Shown here: positions 57,314 to 64,000 of the stretch, in pieces
How positions within the stretch are numbered: position 1 is the stretch's first letter
Layout of the letters: every line of letters starts with the position of its first letter
Source: a virus
Strand: one strand, 5' to 3'
DNA length: 64,000 nucleotides
IMG/VR virus record: IMGVR_UViG_3300045243_000070
Span: 1-64,000 of that record
Translations under genes and position numbers: made by a program
The notes under the pieces: generated by a model
Databases searched by the model: none
Seen by the model: only the letters and a program-made list of their open reading frames with translations
Told to the model about the DNA's origin: nothing

Positions 57314-57973
57314 ATGCCAGTCAGTTCCCCAGAAGTTACAATCGAAAATATCATACAAAATGGGTTTGCTGACATTGTGGCAAATGCTTCTACATACATT
57401 CCACTTATTTTGGCTAACTTCCCAACTGACTATCGCACAGACGCTATAGCCTACTTAACTGGACCTAATTTTAAAATAAATACTTTTTTTGGGTACGCCT
57501 ACGACACGTCAGAAATGCCAGTGTTTAATATAGTCTTGTCGAGCGAATCCGAGGGAACCGGAGCAAGCCGTCAAATGTATCTTGGAGACATCGTGGAAGC
57601 TGCTGACGACAATCCTAACACTCAAGACTACGAACAATTTGGAAGCATGTGGTCAGCATCTATCTCCGTTATTGTTCGTTGCCAAAAAGCCAGACAAACG
57701 ATAATTCTTTATGCTTTAACTAAGTGGTTGATGTTAAAAAATCGTGTCGCTTTAGAAACCGCTGGAATCATGGCTACAAAATTCAGTGGTAGCGACCTTG
57801 TTTATGACAAAACAAAAGAACCCACTTTTACTTTTGCAAGAACGTGGAAGATGGATTGTCTGGTATTTAATACCTACGACTTGGATATTACTTCTGACCC
57901 AACACTTCTAACCGTTGTCTCTGCATTTAATTCGGAGGTCAGAGGTCTTCCTCAGGAACAAGAAGAGTCTTAA
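57314..57973 (+). CDS. Tail terminator-like protein
   Basis: Position before sheath; size. Confidence 0.6.
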   Translation: MPVSSPEVTIENIIQNGFADIVANASTYIPLILANFPTDYRTDAIAYLTGPNFKINTFFGYAYDTSEMPVFNIVLSSESEGTGASRQMYLGDIVEAADDNPNTQDYEQFGSMWSASISVIVRCQKARQTIILYALTKWLMLKNRVALETAGIMATKFSGSDLVYDKTKEPTFTFARTWKMDCLVFNTYDLDITSDPTLLTVVSAFNSEVRGLPQEQEES

Positions 57974-58689
57974 TCCCAGTGAGCTTTTCTTGCACGGAGC
58001 AAGAACTCATTGAGTTTGTCTGGGTCGTTAGTATGGTTTGGATTGGTTTCGTAAGCCTTAACCAATTCACCTTCAAGATGCTGAGCCCAATCAATAACCA
58101 TACCCTTACTGTATTCTCCTGACTTAAGAGCCCTTAACGCCTTAGCATAGTTAAACTCTTCATCATAATGAATATTAAGATTAGAGTCTAAATAATCGGG
58201 CATTATTTCAAACTGTTTTTGAACATTTATTGTTAAAGAATCATGTTTCAAAAGCTCAATTCCAAGTAACAATACACGAATATAAGCCACCGCATACTTC
58301 CAGGGTCGGTTGTCTTTATCTTCAAGAAACTTTTTTCGTTGGTTAATGGAGTACCCACGGAAAGCTTCAAGAACTCCCTTAGATGTCCACATGTATGGAA
58401 ATAATGATTTAAGCTCTTCACCCCAAGGAGTGGATTCCATAACTGGGCCGTGTAGGACTTCTAAAACCGTTGCATTTGATTTTAAGGCCATGAACAAGAA
58501 TTTGTTCAACTCATAGGCAGTGTCATCCGTGTCCCCCTCATTCCAAGAGACTTGATCGGCTTTGCCACCAAGCTTTAAGATTTCGGACGTGGGGGCAATA
58601 AATACTCCACGGTAATCATAGTCGCTTGTAGGAGTTTCCAGCCCGTGTGCTCTACTTCCAACTAGGGTCTTTAAAATCATTTTGTTCAT
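57970..58689 (-). CDS. Pol-beta-family nucleotidyltransferase (RlaP/YcgL-like)
   Basis: GSRAHG..SDYDYRGVF, ELNKF..N..LEVL. Confidence 0.85.
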   Translation of the reverse strand: MNKMILKTLVGSRAHGLETPTSDYDYRGVFIAPTSEILKLGGKADQVSWNEGDTDDTAYELNKFLFMALKSNATVLEVLHGPVMESTPWGEELKSLFPYMWTSKGVLEAFRGYSINQRKKFLEDKDNRPWKYAVAYIRVLLLGIELLKHDSLTINVQKQFEIMPDYLDSNLNIHYDEEFNYAKALRALKSGEYSKGMVIDWAQHLEGELVKAYETNPNHTNDPDKLNEFLLRARKAHWD

Positions 58690-59133
58690 GTATGTCCGTC
58701 CTTGTTAAATTCGACCTCTGAGATTATTAATACTTGAACTAAATCACCGTCTGAGTTATATTGCATAGGAAAAACGGAAACTATTTTTTCCCCGTTTTCA
58801 TATAGCCCAGTAATCGCCTCCTCTACTTGAGCCATCGTAACGTGGTATATTCCAGGTTTTTTGTTTACATAGTTATACTGAAGACTTTTACTCATCGTAA
58901 TCCTCACTTTTTACTGCCCACACTCTCCCATATAATGGGATTGAGCTTTGGCAGGTAATTGCTGCATGGCACTCATCACAGTGTCCCTGTTTTCCGCTTA
59001 GGTCGGCAGCAATTCCTGTCGGAACATGGCTTTCCTCATAAGTTAACAATATGCTTTTTCCAGCCTTGGACTGGAATTCGGTTAATTTACCGCATTTTGG
59101 GCAAGTCACCATTACGCTGTCAAACATCCCCAT
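58686..59133 (-). other. Two small antisense CDS (58686..58907, 58888..59133 Zn ribbon)
   Basis: Coupled ORFs; MGMFD..CPKCG..FQSK. Confidence 0.7.
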
Positions 59134-59154
59134 TCATAAACTCCTTTAATTTAA

Positions 59155-59179
59155 GCAAAGATTGTTAAATTTTAGCTAT
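59155..59179 (+). promoter_or_regulatory. Putative late promoter motif
   Basis: GCAAAGATTGTTAAATTTTAGCTAT. Confidence 0.75.
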
Positions 59180-59195
59180 ATGTTGAGGTACAAAC

Positions 59196-59417
59196 ATGGC
59201 TAAATTGTCTCGATCAGATTCTACTCCAAAACCCACTAAGAATCAAGGAAAATTTTTGGTTAAAGCTTCGGTCTATGCCCGTCTAAAGAGCCTGACCGCC
59301 TTTGACACTCTTATTTTCCAACGCATGGCTGACAATAAGTACCCTGGAGCTTTGAAATCACTGGAAGATTGGGATGCTTTCAGAGCTGAATACCAAAATA
59401 GCGGTTCAACGAAATAA
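59196..59417 (+). CDS. Small protein preceding sheath
   Basis: 73 aa, GAGG RBS. Confidence 0.75.
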   Translation: MAKLSRSDSTPKPTKNQGKFLVKASVYARLKSLTAFDTLIFQRMADNKYPGALKSLEDWDAFRAEYQNSGSTK

Positions 59418-59443
59418 CAGTTTAAGATTATACAGGAGATAAC

Positions 59444-61300
59444 ATGGCACTTCAAGCATTTTTCAATGGAAAGGTTTATACCCAACCAAGTTCAGCCACT
59501 GAAATTAATTCCAGTGCGCTAAACCCACTTCAGCTTGGTTATTCGGGAATCGCTGCTGTTATCGGTTCTTGCGTCAGCGGTGAACCTTTTATCCCTCAAT
59601 TATTTACTTCCCCAGGTCAGTTAAAAGCTGCTCTCGGCTCAGGCCCAGCTTATGATGCTGCTCGTGTTTGCTTCACTCCAACAACTCAAATTGTTGAAGG
59701 TAACTCAGTTCGCCCTCAAATCGTGTATGTGGTTCGTGCGGACAATGCCACACAATCTTCATATACAGCTGCTGACTCAAATTCAGCTGACACTATCGTT
59801 TTTACTTCTACGGACTTTGGAGCTCAAACAAATTCAATCAGCGTTCAAGTTACTGGTGGCTCATTTCCAGTTCTAACCGACCCGGTTGTTGCTCCAACTG
59901 GTATTAATCCAGTCACGGTTGTTATTCAAAACAGCTACAATGATTCACTTGAAACGTATTCCAATATTGGACTTGGGGTATTGTTTGGCATCCAATATAC
60001 TGGGACAGGCACACCAGCGACAATGTCAATTAGCGCTACTAGCTTAACAACTACCATCACTGGTGGGCCTGGAAGCGAAGAGCTTACTGTTCCTTTCGCC
60101 ACCTACGGAACTGTTCAGCAAGTGGTTGATTATATCAACTCTCTTGGACTTCCTTACGATATCACAAACGTTGCTCCAAATGCTTCGACTTTCAACGCCG
60201 TTGATTTGGACCACTTCACAAACTTTGACGTGTTAACAGACGCTGTTGGAGTCTATGCTGTTACTACAGCTATCTTGTCCACTATCAACCCAGTTTCTGG
60301 AAACGTTCAAGTATCTTTAAGCTCCACAACAACTCAACGTCCACCAGCTAACATTTCAACTCCAGTCAATCTTTCTGGTGGAAGCACTACGAACCAATCC
60401 TCTTTCAACAACATTCAAGCAGCCTTGAGTGCGTTGACTTTAACAAGAATTAACTTTTTGTGCGGGTCTATGGATGCTGACCCTACCTTAACGTCAGTCG
60501 ATGCCGGAAGCTTGTTCGCAGCCTTCGTTCAAAACATGCAAGGAAAGAATGAGTGCAGAGCTCATCTTGGGCTAAGCGCAAACATTACCTTGGCTGTTGC
60601 CAAGGCTTATGCTGCTCAATTGAACTCACAGATGACAAACCTTTGGTTCCAAGGGCCTATCATGCCCAACGATCAGGGAGTTACAACCACGTATTCTCCT
60701 TGGATGCAAGCTGCTATGGCGACTGGAATGCAAGCCGGAATGCCAATTGGCTCTTCCTTCGTTCAAAAGTCATTCAACGTTCTTGGATACTCTTACAACA
60801 CTTCAACTGATGGTTTTGACATCATTAACAATGCTGATGCCATCATCTTGGACAGATTGTCTTTGGTTCGCTTCAACGGAGCCACATCAACCTGGAATTG
60901 TGTTCGTGCTCTTTCTTCTTACGTCAGCGACTCCAACTCCTTCAACATCGAACCTGGACTTCAATCAGCCGTAAACTATGCCGTGTACAACATCCGTCAG
61001 GACGTTGAACAAAAATTCCTTGGGGCAAGAACATTGTTCACAGAGGCTGGTTCGACTGCCGATTCTATCCAAAGAGAAGTTGTTGCTTATGGAGCGTTGC
61101 TGGAAGCAGCTAACGTTATCACAAAAGCAACGGTTCTTGTCAATAACCAAAAACAAACACTGCCTGCGTTGGTTATCGACAGCATAACAATTACGGACGA
61201 CACAGCCCGTCTTCGTTATGGTATTAGACCAATCGGTTCCTTGAACTTTATCTTCCACACAGTTTCATTAAACGCTAATTCACAAGTTGCCACAGCTTAA
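59444..61300 (+). CDS. Tail sheath protein
   Basis: 618 aa, directly before tube gene; sheath-like N- and C-termini (IRPIGSLNFI). Confidence 0.9.
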   Translation: MALQAFFNGKVYTQPSSATEINSSALNPLQLGYSGIAAVIGSCVSGEPFIPQLFTSPGQLKAALGSGPAYDAARVCFTPTTQIVEGNSVRPQIVYVVRADNATQSSYTAADSNSADTIVFTSTDFGAQTNSISVQVTGGSFPVLTDPVVAPTGINPVTVVIQNSYNDSLETYSNIGLGVLFGIQYTGTGTPATMSISATSLTTTITGGPGSEELTVPFATYGTVQQVVDYINSLGLPYDITNVAPNASTFNAVDLDHFTNFDVLTDAVGVYAVTTAILSTINPVSGNVQVSLSSTTTQRPPANISTPVNLSGGSTTNQSSFNNIQAALSALTLTRINFLCGSMDADPTLTSVDAGSLFAAFVQNMQGKNECRAHLGLSANITLAVAKAYAAQLNSQMTNLWFQGPIMPNDQGVTTTYSPWMQAAMATGMQAGMPIGSSFVQKSFNVLGYSYNTSTDGFDIINNADAIILDRLSLVRFNGATSTWNCVRALSSYVSDSNSFNIEPGLQSAVNYAVYNIRQDVEQKFLGARTLFTEAGSTADSIQREVVAYGALLEAANVITKATVLVNNQKQTLPALVIDSITITDDTARLRYGIRPIGSLNFIFHTVSLNANSQVATA

Positions 61301-61318
61301 TTCAAATAGGAGTCTAAG

Positions 61319-61765
61319 ATGCCAAATCTAGTATATACAGGCGCAAGAGCCATCTTCAAACTGAAGGGCGAAAAAGTCGCCGTTGCTACGGGCGTTGATG
61401 TTGGTTCAAACATCGCTTACGACCCTGTCCGCACTCTCGATTTGCTAGAAGTGTACGAATTCGCTGAAGCTCAGTACAATGCTACTTTGTCCTGTACTAC
61501 GGTGAAAGTTATTGGCTCTTCCCCCACCCAATTGGGATTCTTCCCTAAGATCGACCTCATGTCAATCCTGCTTCAGCCCGAACTCGTGGCTGAACTCTAT
61601 GACAACGTTACTGGTCAGTTGGTTTGCGTTGCCGAAGGCGTTAAGCCCGAAAACAACACATTCAACGTGACTGCTGGCGCTGTCGTTGCTAACAACCTAA
61701 CCTTCGTTTGTAAGCGTGTCAAGGATGTTTCGGAAAGTAATCCTTCCGTTGGTCCGACTCAATAA
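61319..61765 (+). CDS. Tail tube protein
   Basis: 148 aa after sheath; VYTGAR start. Confidence 0.85.
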   Translation: MPNLVYTGARAIFKLKGEKVAVATGVDVGSNIAYDPVRTLDLLEVYEFAEAQYNATLSCTTVKVIGSSPTQLGFFPKIDLMSILLQPELVAELYDNVTGQLVCVAEGVKPENNTFNVTAGAVVANNLTFVCKRVKDVSESNPSVGPTQ

Positions 61766-61777
61766 TAGGCGGTTTGA

Positions 61778-62377
61778 GTGGAAACTAAGGTCTGTACTGG
61801 ATGCCACATCTCAAAAGACACAGGCTCTTTTTACAGAAACAAAGCTCGTTATGACGGCCTCAACAATTACTGCAAAACTTGTGATTCTTCCAGAATTAAT
61901 AAATTAAGGTCTAAAAATCCAGATAGGTTCAGCGAGGTTGGAAATAAGTCTTATCAAAAACATAAAAACTCTGTACTTAAGAAACAGAAGACTTACAGAG
62001 AGGAAAATGTTGAAAAAATAAGACTGAAGAATTCAAGATACTGGGTTGAAGACAAAGAAAGAATTTCAAAAAGAAACAAAGCCTGGAAGAAATCAAATCC
62101 AGACAAACTTACGGCTATGGCAGCTAAAAGAAGAGCTGCAGAATTGAGAGCCACACCGCCCTGGTTAACCCAAGAAATGAAGACGGATATCAACTTCTTC
62201 TATACAATCCGCTCATCAATGAAAAATCCCTCAGACTGGCATATCGACCACATAACCCCATTGCAAGGTAAGTTTGTAAGCGGGTTGCACATACCTTCAA
62301 ACCTACAGCTCCTCCCAAAGACAGATAACCTGTCCAAGACAAACAAGTTCACGCCGTTATCAATAAATTTTAAGTAA
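61778..62377 (+). CDS. HNH homing endonuclease, paralog of 50682..51179
   Basis: ATPPWLTQxMKTDIxFFYTIR..WHIDH..GLH..NLQLLP shared. Confidence 0.9.
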   Translation: METKVCTGCHISKDTGSFYRNKARYDGLNNYCKTCDSSRINKLRSKNPDRFSEVGNKSYQKHKNSVLKKQKTYREENVEKIRLKNSRYWVEDKERISKRNKAWKKSNPDKLTAMAAKRRAAELRATPPWLTQEMKTDINFFYTIRSSMKNPSDWHIDHITPLQGKFVSGLHIPSNLQLLPKTDNLSKTNKFTPLSINFK

Positions 62378-62389
62378 AGGAAGTTTATC

Positions 62390-62854
62390 ATGGATGAGAA
62401 AGAAATACTTTCCCCCACAAATACTGACACGCCATCTCCTACGAATGCGGAGCTTACCAACGTTCCAACGCCGAAGCCAGAGGAAGTCAAGAAATCTCCA
62501 GAACAACTTGTAAAAGAGTCTATTAAGGATTACGCATTCTTGTCATTCACCAATGGCGTATTAAAAGTAGAACACGCAGAGATGAAGTCATTCTTGACAC
62601 CCGTTCTCCTGAAGACTGGTAGTATAGTCAAAAGAGGGACTATACTTGCTAATCTAAATGGTGGGGCTGCCAACATTGACCAGCAAACCCAAGGCTTGAA
62701 TAGTAGTATTGCTACTGTTTTAGTTGGATTTGCTGAACCGCTGAAGGTCAATCTATTGGAAGTAGAGGATACCGATTTAATTATGGGTCTCTACGTTACA
62801 GTAGTAGCCTACAACGCCTTTTTTCGTAAAACCCCTCTCGGATTCGTACTCTAA
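62390..62854 (+). CDS. Tail assembly chaperone (G-like)
   Basis: Between tube and tape measure; FFR near C-terminus. Confidence 0.75.
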   Translation: MDEKEILSPTNTDTPSPTNAELTNVPTPKPEEVKKSPEQLVKESIKDYAFLSFTNGVLKVEHAEMKSFLTPVLLKTGSIVKRGTILANLNGGAANIDQQTQGLNSSIATVLVGFAEPLKVNLLEVEDTDLIMGLYVTVVAYNAFFRKTPLGFVL

Positions 62855-63290
62855 GGCCAAAGAAGAACTCCACTCTATAAATTTTTGGTTCAGAAAGAAA
62901 TATAATTTAGCTCCAACAGACCCTAGATACTTGGAAATGACTCAGGAAGACATCCACACAGAATATTTTATGTATATTCTAGAGGAGAATCCTGGGTTCA
63001 AGCTAGAGGACTTGGATAGAACTTCTACTTCTGATGAAGAGTGGATGAAGGACCAACAAAGAGAGCATACCAACGAAGTTCTAAAGAAAGCTTTTGAAGG
63101 GAAATTAGACGAGCTTAAAAAAGCAGCCGAAGAACTTGGGAAGATAAAACCTTCTGGGTTGAGTCCTCTTGAAGCTGCAAGGAATAAAGTTAAAGTCTCT
63201 TTAAAGTCAAAATTTAATAAACAAATTAATCTCCCAGCTTCGTTAGGTGGGGATGATGAATTTGAAGAAATAATTAGAGAGACGAACTAA
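62808..63290 (+). CDS. Tail assembly chaperone extension (T-like), +1 frame
   Basis: Open from 62808 in +1 frame; FWFRKKYNLAPTDPRY lies upstream of any start codon. Confidence 0.72.
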   Translation, partial: PTTPFFVKPLSDSYSKAKEELHSINFWFRKKYNLAPTDPRYLEMTQEDIHTEYFMYILEENPGFKLEDLDRTSTSDEEWMKDQQREHTNEVLKKAFEGKLDELKKAAEELGKIKPSGLSPLEAARNKVKVSLKSKFNKQINLPASLGGDDEFEEIIRETN

Positions 63291-63323
63291 AATTAGTCTC
63301 TCTTTTTATTTACGGAGTTTTAG

Positions 63324-64000
63324 ATGCCAGATTTAAATTTAAATATTCATACACTTGGTTCAAAAGAAGCCATCAAGAGTGTCAAAGACATTAATAGTGT
63401 CATAAAAGACATGTCCAAACTGGCTAAGAACTCTGCGTTTGGTGATATGAATGCTAAGCAGGTTGGTAAGGCAGATAAGCTCCTTAAACAATTTAACACT
63501 ACTCAGATGCAGACCATAAAGCTTGCCAAAGAGTATGGGGCTCAGGTTAATGTTCTGAATAAAGCTCTTCAGCAAACCGAAGCCATCTACGGGAAGAGTA
63601 AACAAGGTAGAGAACAATTAAAGTCACTCACATCGATGAGAGACGAAGCTAGGCTTAATGCTCGTAGACTACAAGGCTCTGTTAACCGTGGGCGTGGAAT
63701 TGCTGGGGAGATTGCTGAATCGAGAGGTTCTTCAAATCCATCAGAAGGCCCTGGATTATTCGGCGGGGTTGCTAAAGGAGCGGGGCTTGGAGTCCTATCG
63801 ATGGGGGCAATTGGGTTCGTCATTGGAAAAGCTATTATGGCGGGTGTTCAACAATCCAATAAAAACCTTGCCTCCATTACTCAAATTGCAGGTTCCTCAA
63901 GAGGGGGCACTTCGGGACTTTTAAATGAGATAGCTACGTCTTTTGGCCCAGGTTCTATAACTGCCGAAGCTGCGTCTATGGGGTTTGGAAGTAAACAAAA
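63324..64000 (+). CDS. Tape measure protein, N-terminal part
   Basis: ATG 63324 with GGAG RBS, open to window end; helical then Gly/Ala-rich. Confidence 0.8.
   Translation, partial: MPDLNLNIHTLGSKEAIKSVKDINSVIKDMSKLAKNSAFGDMNAKQVGKADKLLKQFNTTQMQTIKLAKEYGAQVNVLNKALQQTEAIYGKSKQGREQLKSLTSMRDEARLNARRLQGSVNRGRGIAGEIAESRGSSNPSEGPGLFGGVAKGAGLGVLSMGAIGFVIGKAIMAGVQQSNKNLASITQIAGSSRGGTSGLLNEIATSFGPGSITAEAASMGFGSKQ

Larger units (their letters stand above)
1..64000. other. Segment of a large myovirus genome (Herelleviridae-like structural module)
   Basis: Protease-scaffold-capsid-neck-sheath-tube-chaperone-tape measure order, many small ORFans, free-standing HNH genes, no host housekeeping genes. Confidence 0.93.

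Noticed and set aside
1-64000. Alternative genetic code, diversity-generating retroelement, retron or CRISPR array
   Set aside because: Conserved genes are intact in the standard code with all three stops used; no reverse transcriptase, cas gene or repeat-spacer array seen

Overview
A 64-kb segment of a large lytic tailed-phage genome with myovirus, Herelleviridae/SPO1-Twort-like head and tail genes, using the standard genetic code. It has four parts. (1) 1-19.7 kb is a leftward early/host-takeover region of small cassettes, most with their own near-consensus sigma70 promoter, AGGGGG Shine-Dalgarno and intrinsic terminator. It includes ArdC-like and Gp88-like genes, a duplicated two-gene operon encoding a pseudo-HAD protein, several paralog pairs, micropeptides and two families of non-coding DNA motifs. 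(2) 20-46 kb is a dense leftward block: AlkB, MmcB-like nuclease, TrpC-like barrel, small alarmone hydrolase, a phage sigma factor, RNA repair enzymes (Rnl1, PNKP, DRB0094-type ligase), an NAD salvage operon (Nudix, NAMPT, CinA-like/NMNAT fusion) and nucleotide hydrolases. (3) 46.05-46.6 kb is a promoter-driven cluster of three highly structured non-coding elements, two of them non-canonical tRNA mimics; this is the most striking unexplained feature. (4) 46.6-64 kb is the rightward morphogenesis module (protease, scaffold, capsid, neck, sheath, tube, chaperone with a +1 frameshift signal, start of the tape measure). It is interrupted by HNH genes and antisense gene islands and punctuated by a conserved late-promoter-like motif. 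All family assignments come from motif recognition by eye; no database searches were run.
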